64,000 nt of DNA, from positions 310,001 through 374,000 of the forward strand of contig NIVC01001811.1 of the NCBI GenBank assembly GCA_002269645.1, given 5' to 3'. Position 1 is the first letter of the stretch. The number at the start of each line of letters is the position of its first letter. The position numbers and the translations under genes are program-made. Shown one piece after another: positions 1 through 12,250 of this stretch. The DNA is from Macrostomum lignano. Lineage: Eukaryota. The notes below the pieces were generated by a model. That model searched no databases. It was not told where the DNA came from and saw only the letters and a list, made by a program, of their open reading frames with translations.

Positions 1-6
1 GGGCGC

Positions 7-430
7 ATGCACTACACTCAATTTCGCGTATTTATCCTTCACACAGTCCAATTTCAGTCAATTCTGTCTCATACAGCTCAATTTCAGGCAGCTCCGCTTC
101 GCACAACTTACTTTCAGATAGCTTCGATTCACAAAACTCACCGTCAGATAGCCTCGCTTCACACAGCTCAATTTTATGTATTTATGATTCACAAAGCTCA
201 GTTTCGTGTATTTATGCTTCACACAGCTCAGTTTCAGTCAATTCTGTCTCATTGTCTCAATTAGCTCAATTAAGGAAAATCTGCTTCACACAGCTCAATT
301 TCATTTAGTTATGCTTCACACAGCTCAATCTCAAGTAGATTAGCGTCACACAGCTCATTTCAGACAGCTCCGCTTCACACAACTCAATTTCAGACAGCTC
401 CGCTTCACACAACTCAATTCCGGGCAGCTC
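7..430. repeat. Degenerate tandem repeat, ~30-40 bp unit with core CTTCACACAGCTCAATTT
   Basis: Core recurs about 11 times; it explains the repetitive HTAQF ORF at 7-264. Confidence 0.85.
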
Positions 431-1269
431 TGCATCTCAGAAGTCACTGTGGTTTTCTTTCTTTTCAAAATTTGATCATACCAATCAACAATGATCGTTT
501 TGATACGACTTGATAAAGTAAAGTTTATTATTTCCAAAAAAAATTATAATATATTTGTCTATTCGTTTGATTTTTACATATTTACACTCGTTTGTGAATG
601 TAAACAGGCTGGACTTTATATTATCAATAAAATACAACATTAAACAAAGGTATAAAAAACGAGTAATTTAATGTTAGATTGTTTACTTAACAGCACAATG
701 GCAGATGGTGATTTTTATTCGGTCCTACTACGATCATTGTTGGTGCGCCGTGGATGATTTAGGCGTCGTACGATCCTGTTCGCCAACACTCTCGCTGTTC
801 TATGCAGAGCATTAGCTCGATCGACTGCGTTACTCGACGAGACAGCCTCTTTGTCTGAGTCTACGCCTGATGAGATTACGATTGGCGCAGATTGGGTCCC
901 ATCTAGATCAGGCTCTGAGTCCGACGATACTAGAAGCACAGTAGACTGCGAACCCGATCGATTCCGTGTCACGGCCACTATGTCCGGATTGTGCTTAACG
1001 CTAGACTCATCGCGATGCTCTCGATGTTCTTGTCTAGTTGAATGCAGTAAAACATGCGGCGATTGCACACATTCGTGTTGGTTTGCATCGGCTTGTTGTG
1101 TATATCCAACGTCGCGTTTGCAGACTCTTCGCCAGTTGAGACCGATTCTACGAGTCTGATATGATTTAATCGACAGACAAGCTGAGTAAATTAAATCTAA
1201 GAAAATATTGTACCATGACTACGTGGCTATCAGGCGGGCTGAAATTCGATTATTGCCATAGACGGCCAC

Positions 1270-1400
1270 ATATAAACGTATAAAATATATAAACGTATAA
1301 ACGTATAAACATATAATACGTATATTATATAATAATACGTATTAACGTAATAATACGTTAATACGTTTTACGTATTATATAATACGTAAAACGTATATCA
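1270..1400. repeat. AT-rich low-complexity repeat (TATAAACG/TAATACG-like)
   Basis: Visible tataaacgta / taatacgta reiterations. Confidence 0.7.
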
Positions 1401-1782
1401 CATATAAACGTAACATTTAGCCCCGTTTTTCTCCAAGACGATCGTCGGGCCGAATTTATCAGGCTGGCCAATGGTTGAGACGGCAGTTGGAACGCTAGAT
1501 GACTGTTCGCACAGCACAACTGACTCTTGTGCTTGATGACTGACCACGCTCTACGTAGAGGCATGTAGACTATGTGATTGCAGAAGACAATGCTCGCTTC
1601 TGGGCCACCGTTGTCCGCTTTGTATAACGGACAACACTATCCACCATTTTGTGTCGAGAGACGGCTTGAATCGCTTCGGCACTGAATCCAGCAGACAACA
1701 GGCTTGTTATGTTTGTTGCGCGAATAGAATGGTTAGTGTAGTCCCGTGAAAGCCGGGCCGCTTTTGAAATCGTCTTCATCAT
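1398..1782 (-). pseudogene. Crypton-type tyrosine recombinase, C-terminal remnant
   Basis: YTNHSIRAT (HxxR box), VSRHK (G/R-H box) and catalytic Y in VVRY; frameshifted tail ends PTIVLEKNGAKCYVYM*; no intron in this segment. Confidence 0.8.
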
Positions 1783-1991
1783 GTTTTTAGCTTCTCTTTG
1801 CTTCTGTATACTTTCTCTTATAATTGAACTGTATAGTTAATCACTAAATCATTATGTCTATGGTTGAAATGTGAGGGCTTTGACTATCATTTTCCCTATC
1901 ATTTGCCCCCACACCCCCTAATGCCCATATTCATCAATGCAGCTCATGCGCTTGTATAACTCAGCCACATAGTCTATGGTACAATCACATT

Positions 1992-2037
1992 ATTACCCAG
2001 GCTTTAAGGGCGTTTAGGCCCTTAAAGCCTGGGTAAT
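1992..2037. repeat. Perfect palindrome: 20-bp arms, 6-bp spacer
   Basis: ATTACCCAGGCTTTAAGGGC-gtttag-GCCCTTAAAGCCTGGGTAAT. Confidence 0.95.
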
Positions 2038-2439
2038 CATATACTATTAGAATGCACACCGACTAGTTTGTATACGCGGCAATACTATTGAAACCGTCAC
2101 ATTTGGACAATCTATGACATAGACTACTAAACTGGGTATAATGCGATGTTTCCAGTTCAAATATATAGATAATACAATAGTACTGACGAGAATTGTACTA
2201 TTGTGATCTAAATATATTAATAAAATATTAAGCGGAGTACACTATATCCTCTATGGACAATATATACGTACTTGACTGTGTCTCCCTATAAAGTTAGCAA
2301 GCGCATACAGACAGACGCCAACTTCATCGATAACTTCAATAAAATTACATATAAAGTTTAGGTTCCAGCTGTTTTATTGTTTTATTGTTAATACTAGCAA
2401 TCAGCAACCCCCGTTAGGGAGCCAAAAATGCAGTACAAG

Positions 2440-2635
2440 TTTTTATAATAAAAATCTCAGCGATTCCCCCGATAAGCCTTGAAATCTTAAAAAATCTGTC
2501 AACCTTCTAACCCTAACCCTAACCCTAATCCATTGACATTTCAGTAATTCTCCCCAAGAGTTATTATAGCACTACAGCATTATAGCGATTCCCTGCAAGC
2601 CTCGATATCGTAGGGATTCCCAAATAAATCTAACT
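2440..2635. repeat. ~30-bp degenerate satellite (CAGCAATTCCCC..GAGCCTTGACAT) with embedded (CCCTAA)3
   Basis: Same motif family as 11.2-12.2, 41.6-42.0 and 43.5-43.8 kb; CCCTAA x3 at 2511-2528. Confidence 0.65.
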
Positions 2636-2925
2636 TCGACATGACGCTTCTATAATTCTTTACATGACGCTTTGACAATTGTTTACATGATGCTTCTATG
2701 ATTTTTTACATAACGCTTCTATGATTGTTTACATGACGCTTCTATAATTGTTTAAATGACGCTTCTATGATTGTTAACATGACTCTTCCATGATTGTTTG
2801 CATGACGCTTCTATGATTTTTTACATGACGCTTCTATAATTTTTTAAATGACGCTTCTATGATTGTTTACATGACGCTTCTATGATTGTTTACATGACGC
2901 TTCTATGATTTTTTACATGAAGCAT
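2636..2925. repeat. 21-22 bp tandem repeat (TTTACATGACGCTTCTATGATTG)
   Basis: About 13 near-identical consecutive copies. Confidence 0.92.
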
Positions 2926-3029
2926 CCCCCTAATAGCAAGTATCCATCCTTAAATAGCAAGCATCCACCAGAGAACAAGTAGCTAGTGCAACAATTTCAT
3001 TAGCTTTATAGTGGCTCCATTTTATTCGG

Positions 3030-3360
3030 CATGAGACTTCTTTTTATGTTTGAAATTTGAAACAGTGTCTCTTTTATGTTCGACATAGTGGCTCTTTAAT
3101 GTTCGACATGTTGGCTCTTTTTTGTTTGACATAGAGGCTCTTTAATGTTCGACATGCGTCACGTATATGTTTGACATGGTGGCTCCATTTTGTTTAGCAT
3201 GACACTTCTTTTTATGTTTGAAACGGTGTCTCTTCTATGTTTGACATGGCGGCCATTCAATGTTTGACATGGTGGCTATTTTATGTTCGACATAGTGGCT
3301 CTTTAATGTTTGAGGTGGTGGCTCTTTTATGTTTGACATGGTGGCTCTTTTATGTTTTGC
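3030..3360. repeat. Degenerate ~21-bp tandem repeat (TTATGTTTGACATGGTGGCTCT)
   Basis: Repeated atgtt(t/c)gacat..ggctct units. Confidence 0.8.
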
Positions 3361-3401
3361 ATTTTGTGTTTTTTAAAGGTATTTTAATAAAAAAATATTT
3401 T

Positions 3402-3468
3402 GGACTACTAAGATTTGAACCCAGGTCGCTACATTAGCAGTCCAGTCTGTTCGCATCTAGGCTATCTC
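3402..3468 (-). pseudogene. tRNA-like sequence (pseudo-tRNA or SINE head; Ser-GCT-like loop)
   Basis: Minus strand: A-box-like TAGCCTAGATGC, loop GACTGCTAAT, B-box GGTTCAAATC; acceptor stem pairs poorly. Confidence 0.5.
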
Positions 3469-3710
3469 TTTTCAATTGGAGAACATGAATTGTGGCCCTT
3501 ATACGAGCCCTCGTAATTCAATACTTACAGCAAGTCAGAGTAAAAAGTTATGACATAATCAATTTCTCAGTCAGCCAGGATCAGTCTCAATTTAAGTTAG
3601 CAATATGGTTATGCAATTTCAATCAAGTTTTGTGCGCATTTCTTTGACACTGTTTTCAACGTGTTGTGATGTAATATTTTAATATTTTAATGATGTAATA
3701 TATTTCGAAG

Positions 3711-4013
3711 ATGCTTCGAAAACAGCTGGCGGCCATGGAGATGCGAATGAAAGAGATGGAGGAGCGGAGGTCTGAAGAAGCGGCGGAGCCGACCCCGGCG
3801 AGTCGGAAGGCTGTGCAGTGTTTTTCGTGTCGAGAGTGGGGCCATATCTCATCAAAGTGTCCCAAGAAAACCAGCCAGACAAGTGGAAACGGGAAATCGC
3901 CAGTACGATGTCACAAGTGCAACGGTGAAGGCCACCTATCCTTCAAGTGTCCGAAGTCGGGAAACGGGCCGAGGGGACCGACCGGGGAAAGTCGGGACCC
4001 TGCCAGGAAGTGA
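3711..4013 (+). pseudogene. gag: gag C-terminus with two CCHC zinc knuckles
   Basis: CFSCREWGHISSKC and CHKCNGEGHLSFKC. Confidence 0.88.
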
Positions 4014-4149
4014 AGTCTCCCAGGAGCGAGGAACCGGTGTTGCTCACGAACTCTGTAAATAAATCCAAGTGCGTCTCTGGTGATGGGAATTCAAAGAGCA
4101 ACCTGGTTCATGAGGCGTGTTCGTCGGTATCAACGGAGCCTCTGACAGT

Positions 4150-7100
4150 TTTTATTTCCGGTGCGGTTGCCGGCAAGCCAGTGGTTCTGCTGTTAGACAG
4201 TGGTGCGAGTGTGTCAGTGCTGAGCTGTGATGTTTTCCTGAGGCTGCCGCAGAGGTGAGAGAGAGACTGACTGCAATGGACGGTTCCCTTTCAACGGCTA
4301 ATGGAGGTGCGATGAGGATGAGAGGCTGTATTGTGCTGGACGTGGAGATTGGCGGCGAGCGGTGGTCAGCGAATTTCTTCGTAGTGGACGGATTGCGTTA
4401 TGACGTCATTCTCGGGTCCGAATTATTCAAACAGCATCGTTGCATCATCAACTATTCGGAGTTTGTCTTTCGAGTGGGCGATGTTAGAGTTCCGATACGG
4501 CAGAAAGGCGAGCTGCCCGTGGTGTGTCGAATTAAAGCCGAGACAACGGTATTTCTGGAACCGGCGCAAGAAGTGGTCATGCCAGCCAGGGTAGAGAAAA
4601 AGGGCGCAAGAAACTGCGGATCGGTCGGCATAACGGAAGAAAAGCCGGTGAAGGCCGCTGAGAAGGATTTGGCGCTGGCTCGAGCTCTGGTAGCGCCCGG
4701 CGTGGATGGACGGCTGCCGACGAGATTGCTGAATACATCCAGTTGTAGGATGAGGGTCAAGAAAGGAGAGACGATTGGCTGGTTTATTCCTTTGGAACCG
4801 AACGGATGTGTCAACGTGGTGCGCTTGGACGACGGCGTAGAGGCCAAGAATGAAGCGGAGGCATGGAACCCGATCGAAGAATTCCGCGAGTGGGGTTCGT
4901 GTGGCCTGTCGGAGGAGGAGGAAGCCGACTTCAGGGAGCTGATTTTCCAACATCGGGCTGTCTTTGCTAAGGACTCCAAGGATCTCGGCTGTACGACGGT
5001 GATGAAGCACGAGATCGACACTGGAGATGCCAGGCCTGTGAAAGAAGCGGCGAGACGGATTCCCCCGTACCTGCGGCAGGATGTGGACAAGGAGTTGGAT
5101 GACTTGCTGGAAGCTAGGAGAATCAGCGAGGTCCAGTCCCCATGGTGCTCTCCAGTGGTGTGCGTGAAAAAGAAGGACGGTTCACTGAGGATCTGTTGTG
5201 ACTACCGGAAACTGAATGAAGTGACCAAGAAGGATGCAGTGCCGTTGCCAGGACAGATGACCTGTTGGAGAGCCTAGGCGGTGCCAAGATTTTTTCGACC
5301 ATGGACATGCAGTCGGGATACTGGCAGATGGCGGTGGAACCCAGCGACAGACTGAAGACGGCCTTTGGCGTTTCACACCGGGTACAGCAGTACGCCTGGA
5401 ACGTTATGCCATTTGGATTGGCAAATGCACCGGCTTCATTCAGCCGGCTAATGAATGTAGTGTTGGGGAAGTTGTGCTGGAAGACGTGTTTGGTGTATCT
5501 GGACGACCTGCTAGTGTGGTCACGAACGGTGGAAGAGCACCTGGAATGGTTGCAAACGGTTTTTCGACGGTTGCGAGCAGCGAACATCAAACTGAAGCCG
5601 AAGAAGTGCGCATTCCTGCTGAAGTCAGTGACCTTCCTGGGACACGTAGTGTCAGCTGATGGGATCGCCACGAGTCCAGAAAAGATTGCCGAAATTCGTG
5701 ACTGGCCAACTCCGAAGAATGTGAAGGAAGTAAGGTCATTCCTGGGACTGTGCGGGTATTACCGGCAATTCATCGCAGATTTTTCCCGCATTGCTGAGCC
5801 GATGCTGCGACGGACCCGATATGATTGCCCGTGGAGCTGGGATGAGGAGTGTCATGCCGCATTCGAGGCCCTGAAGGAAAGGTTGCAGGGATCTGAGGTC
5901 ATGGCGTTTCCAAACTTTGCGGAGGACGCTGGAGAATTCGTTTTAGACACAGACGGTAGCACAAAAGAAGGAATTGGCGCTGTGCTTTCACAAGTGCAGA
6001 AAGATGGAAGCGAGAAGGTTATAGCTTACGGGAGCAGGACGTTGTCGCGAGAAGAAAGGAATTACTGCACGACGCGAGTCGAGTTGCTGGCCGTGGTGTT
6101 TTTCGTACAGAAGTTTCGTTATTACTTGATGGGGCGAGAGTTTCTAGTGCGCACCGATCACAGCAGCTTGAAGTGGCTGCATTCGCTGCGGGACGTAGAA
6201 GGACAGCTGGCCAGATGGCTCGAACTCTTGGCTCCGTACAAGTATCGCATTGAACATCGTCCGGGAGTCAAACATCAACACGCGGACGCTCTCTCCAGGA
6301 AGCCACGTCGGCGCCATCAAGGAAGCGAGAGTTGTCCCGGATGTGCACAAGAGCAGATCGGCGTGAACGCGTTGGGATTGCAGAGGTGGACCTCGGAGGA
6401 GATCAGAGAGAGCCAGAAGATGGACAGCGACATTCGTCAGGCGATGGAGCTGCTGGCACACGGCGACGGAGAGATAACCGAAGAGCATTTGCGACGCATA
6501 TCACCGACGGCAAGGAGGTTTGTCGAAAGACGTCGTGACCTTGAAGTGTCGGACAGTGAGGGGTTGCTATGTCATACGGCCAGTGGACGTCAGCCGCAAG
6601 TGGTGTTGCCACGGAAGATGCTGAGAGCGGTGCTGGAAGAGGCTCATGCTGGACGGAGTGGAGGGCACGTTGGGATTTTAAAGACCAAGGAGAAGGTGCG
6701 GCAAGCGTTTTGGAGGCCTTGACTTGGCCGCGAGGTCGAAGAGCACGTGAAAGCCTGTTTGGACTGCACCAAGGCCAAGGCTGGCAAGAAACCGATTGCG
6801 CCGATGGAGCCGATTCCGAGTTCAAGCCCATTCGATATCGTGATGACGGACGTCATCGGGCCGCTGCCACGGAGCAAGAAAGGAAACTTCTACATCCTCA
6901 CGGTGCAAGATGCGTTCTCAAAGTGGCCTGTCGCTTATGCCATCCGGAACCAGAAGGCGGCAACGATCGCAAGGGTGCTATTCGAACGCTGGATTGCCAA
7001 TCACGGGTGCCCCCGGGTACTTCACTCGGACCAAGGAAGAAACTTTGAGTCGGGGGTCGTCAGGAAGCTGTGCGAGCTGTTGGGTGTGAAGAAGACCAGG

Positions 7101-8153
7101 ACGAGCGCCTACCACCCGAGTGGCAACGGACAGGTGGAACGATTTAACGGGTTCCTGAAGAACAGTTTGCGCACGTATCTGGTACAGAAGGGTCAGAACG
7201 CCTGGGAGGAGTACCTGCCAAGTGCCTTGATGGCTTATCGATCGACGGTCCAGGCGTCCACCGGTTACACGCCCTACTACATGCTGCATGGTCAGGAGAT
7301 GCCGCTGGGATTCGAACCAGAGGACCTTAGGCGAAAGACGGACAGCTATCCCTTGTTTGTGCAAGAGATCCAGCAGAACCTGCTTCATGCCCATGAACGC
7401 ATTCGAGAAGGACGCGAGACGGTTCAGCGACGGCAGAAAATGAATTACGATCGGAAAATGAAGGGCAAAGCGATTCAGAAGGGCGACTCTGTCTTGCTGT
7501 ACTATCCGTGCTTGGAGATGGGAGAGAAAAGCAAATTCCATATCAACTGGCGCGGCCCAGTGAAGGTCCTGGAGAAGCTGTCAGATGCGTTGTATCGAGT
7601 GCAGGATCCGACACAGCCGCAGAAGACCAAGGTGGTGCACTTCAACAATCTCCGGCCGGTTCAGGTTCAGACGGAGGCGGCAGACGGTCAAGAGACAGGA
7701 GAGGAAATTGGGAGGGCCAGTTCGGGAAAAACCAGGCCGCGACGCGGTAACTCCGCTGCTGGACGAAGCCGAAGGTAGAGAGTGCAACCGGGCGAGACCC
7801 AGAGGTGGACCGCAGCGCGAGGGCCACAGGACCAGGAATCTGAGCAGGAAGATGAAGAGTTTGAAGATCTTCAGCTGCGGTTTCAAGATCGAAGAAATAA
7901 CGCTCCGCCGGACACCCGAAATCTGGCCGAGGACCGTGAGCCCGGACCAGAGCGTCCAGAAGCAGACGATGACGAAGAAGAGCACTTTGATAAGACGCGG
8001 TACGACGAGGAGCAAAACGAAGAGGATGAGGCAGAGCCGAACGACGCCAACGTACCCGAGCAAGAAGTGAGGACGGCACAGGAGGAAGCAGGGCGACCAA
8101 GACGTCTGCGGCGACCGCCGGATCGGTTTGGGGTCCCGGTGTACTACTACTGA
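4150..8153 (+). pseudogene. pol: pol (protease, RT, RNase H, integrase), disrupted
   Basis: [39 protein letters not shown] integrase N-term, SDQGRNFES, ERFN, C-terminal RRPPDRF; stops at ~4256, 6720, 7776 and a frameshift near 5265. Confidence 0.93.
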
Positions 8154-8252
8154 AGAAGGGTCCGGTGTACGGCGCTTGGATAGCCAAGGGGGAAGGGAGG
8201 TTCATGTCGTGCGTGTCTCATTGCTCATCGGAGTTAGGCCGGACTGTTACAG

Positions 8253-9219
8253 ATGGCGGACCTCTACGAGTGTCTTGGAGTGCAGCTGTGGGAAAGCGTT
8301 CTACGGTCGAGCACGCGAACTGCACCCTGACAAGAGCGCAACAGAGGAGACGCGGAAGAAATTCCAGGAGTGCGAAGAGGCGTACCGAATACTGTCGTGT
8401 CCGTTCCTTAGAAAGCTGTACGATATCTTTGGAAATGCTGTTCGTGACCGGGATGAGATGCTTCGGCTCGCAGAAGGGATGTTAGAGGATGAAGACATGC
8501 CCGACGATCTCCTAGAAGAGATAAAAAGACTACAAGAGAGCGACCGATTAGCTGAGGAGGCGTACGAGAGAGAACAGGCGAGGAGGGATGAGGAGCACGT
8601 CAAGATGGAGGCAGGTGAGGAGGCCTCAGACGATGAGCAGGACGAAGAGATGAACGAGGCGAGTGAGACACTGCCGGAGGAGTACGAGGTCGAGAAGGTC
8701 TTAGGAGTACGAGTCACGGAGCGAGGAGCGGAGTATCTGCTGCAGTGGGCCGGTGTAGAGGAGCTTGAGACGTCATGGGAAGCGGAGGAAGATTGTGCCG
8801 GATGTAGAAACCTGATTGAAGAATACCTGCAGAGAGCGTACCGGCTACAGACAAGACCGGGCCGACCAGTGACCGTGGCGGAACTGGAGAACGTAGGACC
8901 CAGTCGGAAGAAACTGCACCAGGCAATGCGGAAGGGCGACCCGTGGGGCATCTTTGAGGTGCTGCTAGCCGTGAAGGGGAAGTGCGCCACTGCCTCGGTG
9001 GATTTCAAGGAATTCGGTCCGGAGTTGATGCTGCAGATCCTGGGCTACTTGGAGCGAGACGGTCGCAAGTATCCGGGGCACGGAGTTCGTCGGTGGAGTC
9101 GCCAAGCGTGTCAAGCGGTCTACATGTCGGTGATGGTGGTGTTCCCGCTGTTCGACCTGCGACGCCAGGGTTTGGTCCTAGGTGCCCTCCGTAGGCTGTG
9201 GGATTCGTGCTCTGACTGA
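8253..9219 (+). pseudogene. Accessory ORF: DnaJ J-domain + acidic linker + chromodomain + unknown C-terminus
   Basis: ATG 8253 gives MADLYECLGV, then a frameshift to KAFYGRARELHPDK...KKFQECEEAYRILSCPFLRKLYDIFG; chromodomain EYEVEKVL...EYLLQWAG...SWEAEEDC...LIEEY at ~8680-8830. Confidence 0.82.
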
Positions 9220-9703
9220 GGCTATGTCTTCCTAGGGACTTTGGGGCTAGGGACTTTGCAGTGCAGACCCAGGGACAGCGGAGCGGAGGTGGACCGGCCT
9301 TAACGGGTGCTGACGGAGCGACACGGCTGTGCAGCAACCGCAGGACTCGACGACCAGCGCAGAGCGACCAGAGAAACCGGCGACAGAAGCGACAGGGAGA
9401 CGAGGCACCTGAGCGACGGCCGTACTCGGTGGGATTCAGGAATGCAGTGCCAGTTTTACTTGTGAGGGTTTAATGGCTGACGATTTCGTTTTTTGTCTGG
9501 TTTTTTTGTTAAGATTTTTCGATTTTCTCAAATTTAGGTTTTTTGGTTTGCTTACCAATGATACCGTACTCACTATCCTATATTTGAAACTTGTCTTCGT
9601 CATTTTTACGGTATAATCACAACGGTTTTGTTAATTTTGTTCCTCTGTTTAAATTTTTTGACATATAAGTATCATTCGAATTTTCGAACTCGAACTTGTG
9701 TCT

Positions 9704-10544
9704 AGGGGGAGGGAGTGTCATGAATGTGTTATGACAGTGTGCTCTTTGCTAAGTTGCTGCACCGGGCCAGTGGGCCGTCCTCTCTCCCTCCCCCCTCCTT
9801 AGATATTTTCTGACTCACCCACCTGCACTTCTGCGCGTGCGTACCCCTCCCCTCCCTGCCTAGACCTTTTCTGTTGAGTCAACCCCCCCCCATGCTCTGC
9901 GTGCGACCCCCCCCTGTGCGACCCCGCCCCATTATTTTGTTAGCTTTGCTGCCCCGCCCCTGTTTGTGATTGGCTGCCAGTCCCAGTCTGCCGTGCTGCG
10001 CCCCGGCGATTGGCTGGTACGGCTCATGTTTTTCCTATGCTGATGTCTAAGCCCCCTTTTCTGCCTTTATCCCGCGCCCTCAACCCCCAGTTTGCTGCCT
10101 ATTTATTCGCCCCCCCTTGAGACCCCATTTTTGTCGTCTTCGTGGCTCCTCGGCGATTGTGCCAGCGTTGGTTGCTGAATTGCTATTCCTCGCAGAATTG
10201 CTAGGCAAATATATAAGTAAAGAATATCGAGATCACCACTGCTCTGACGGCGCTGTTTCTTGTACGACTGAAATCGCGGCTGGTAAGCCTTCCAATTCGT
10301 ACGTCATTTGGGTCTGCATCTGTACTAGGCACCTTAGGGGGATTAAGTGCGTCGTACGCCGGTCCCACCCCAAGCAGCTCTGCGTCGTACGCGAGTCTGT
10401 AGGCTGTCGTGCGTCGTACGCTCGAGCAGCCTAGTTCCGACAGACACCGCGTCGTACGCGTGTCAGTGGAGGACCGCAGCCAGGGTCAGTACACGAACCC
10501 GGGTCTGGGAAAGGGGCACGAAAGGACCGAGCCCCATCATCACA
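9704..10544 (+). repeat. Polypurine tract (9704-9715) and 3' LTR (9716-10544)
   Basis: AGGGGGAGGGAG directly before TGTCATGA; ends TCATCACA (7/8 inverted match); two GATTGGCT (CCAAT) boxes and TATATAAG near 10208. Confidence 0.75.
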
Positions 10545-11199
10545 ATTTATGAAAATCAAAATTCAGCCAGTGAGTTTTTTCTCTAGCATTATTACAATGC
10601 ATTTCAAGTCGAAAATTCTGTTTGACGTTAGCGAAAAAGCATGTTTTTCGAATATTTAATCCCTTTAGAATTGAGCAATTTCTTAGCCACGATGCATGCA
10701 ACGTCACAGGAAAATTTTTGATCGAATGGTGCAAGTTTGAAGAAACTCGGTTGAGCCGTTTTTTCTCTAATCAATCGCATACCCATATACATACATCCAG
10801 ACAACTCATTTTTAGTATATAGGACTAGCCATTTAGCCCCCGCTGGGGGCCTTAAAAATGAAACCAAATTGCTATGAATCAAAACTTTCATCAGCCAATA
10901 AAGTTTCCTTCATCAGCCCAAAACCCTCTCATCTGCCCAAAATAGTGCTTATCCTTTTAAGAACAAACTTTTAGTGCATATTGTCATTAGCCCGAGCATA
11001 TCCGTAGCAGGAGCTCCATATGCTAATCCGTGACGGTCTTAGACCCCTATTTATTAGCCGAACTCAAAGAACAAAACCTTTAATAAATACGCTGGTATTT
11101 CCTATTAGCAGAAATCAGCATCACTTGTGTGTACTATTTCATTATCTAAATTAAATGAGCTATTTGAGCCGTACTACTTGACTATCTGACAATCGCTCA

Positions 11200-12250
11200 A
11201 CAATCTAACCCCCTCCCCCAAACAATTCAGCCATCCCCCATGAGTCTTGATATCTCAACAATTTCCCCAGTAAGCCTTGACATCGCAGCAATTAAACTCG
11301 ATTATTGATATCTACTCAATTCTCCTAGCTCAGTAAGCCTTGACATCCCAACAACCCAACTCCCCTCTCCCCAACAATTCAGCAATCCCCTTATGAGCCC
11401 GGATAACTCAGCAATTTCTTCATGATCCTTGTCAACTCATCGATTCTCCCCATGAGCCTTGATATCTTAGCAATTCCCATCTTAGTAAGTCTAATTGATG
11501 GTTGACAGCGATTATTCTATGATTGAGCCAAGACTGAGCCTAAGCCCCTAACCCTAACCCATAAGTGAGTCTTGGCATGTTAGCAATCTCCCCCGTGAGC
11601 CTTGAGCCTGAGCATTCAAGTAACTTCCCCATAAGCTTTGAAATCTAAATTTCACCGTAAGCCTTTACCTGTAAGCAATTCTCAAAAGAGCCAAAGCATT
11701 TAAGTAATTCGCCCCAAGAGCCTTTAATCTTAGCAATTCCTTGATGAATCATTTATGATTGACACGACGATCGCTCTATAATTAAACCGAAACCCTAACC
11801 CTTAACCTGCAGCCGAGTCACAGCATTTCAGCAACTCCCTCTCAGCCCAAGAATTTCAGAAATTCCCCAACGAGCTATTGAAATCTTACCAATTTCCCAT
11901 GAGCCAAAAAATTGTGGGACTAACCTTTTGATATCTTGGCACTTTCATACGAGTCTTATGATTGGACCCTAATCCTGCCAAGCCGCAGCATTTCAGAAAT
12001 TCGCACCATGAACCACAACATTTCAACAAATACCCAATTAACCTTGACAGTCGCAGCATTCCAGTACTTGTAGTTATCTCCATGAGCCTTGACAGCAAAG
12101 CATTTTTATTGAGCCTTGATACCTCAGCAATTTCTCAAATGAACCTTGAAATCATAGCGATTCTCCCCAGGATGACATCATACAGCAATTCCCCCTGAGC
12201 CTTGACACTACATCTCAGAATGTCTATCATGACCCTTGACATCTTAGCAA
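11200..12250. repeat. Long array of the ~30-bp degenerate satellite with TAACCC motifs
   Basis: Many CAGCAATT.CCC..GAGCCTTGA.ATC units; TAACCC runs near 11548 and 11793; the downstream GCACAATCAGTGAGCAGATGGCC is shared with ~42065. Confidence 0.75.

Larger units (their letters stand above)
3705..10544 (+). mobile_element. Ty3/gypsy LTR retrotransposon, 5'-truncated, with accessory ORF
   Basis: gag knuckles-PR-RT-RH-IN order, extra ORF, polypurine tract and TG...CA 3' LTR; no 5' LTR in the window. Confidence 0.93.

Noticed and set aside
715-1159. Overlapping 117-aa and 102-aa ORFs
   Set aside because: Low-complexity Ser/Asp-rich sequence with no motif; cannot be assigned
2511-2528. Telomere or chromosome end
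   Set aside because: Only three units, interstitial, inside a satellite
2636-2925. Regular repeats that could resemble a CRISPR array (also 29503-29650 and 59590-59950)
   Set aside because: Head-to-tail units without unique spacers, no cas genes, eukaryotic context with spliceosomal introns
8128-8252. ORF-track start of the 363-aa ORF at 8128
   Set aside because: The N-terminal 40 codons look non-homologous; J-domain helix I begins at ATG 8253 in another frame, so the long ORF is a frameshift product
4400-9340. Many 60-240 aa antisense and alternate-frame ORFs over gypsy pol (likewise over the LINE/BEL at 32-38 kb)
   Set aside because: Shadow ORFs expected in GC-rich coding DNA; no motifs
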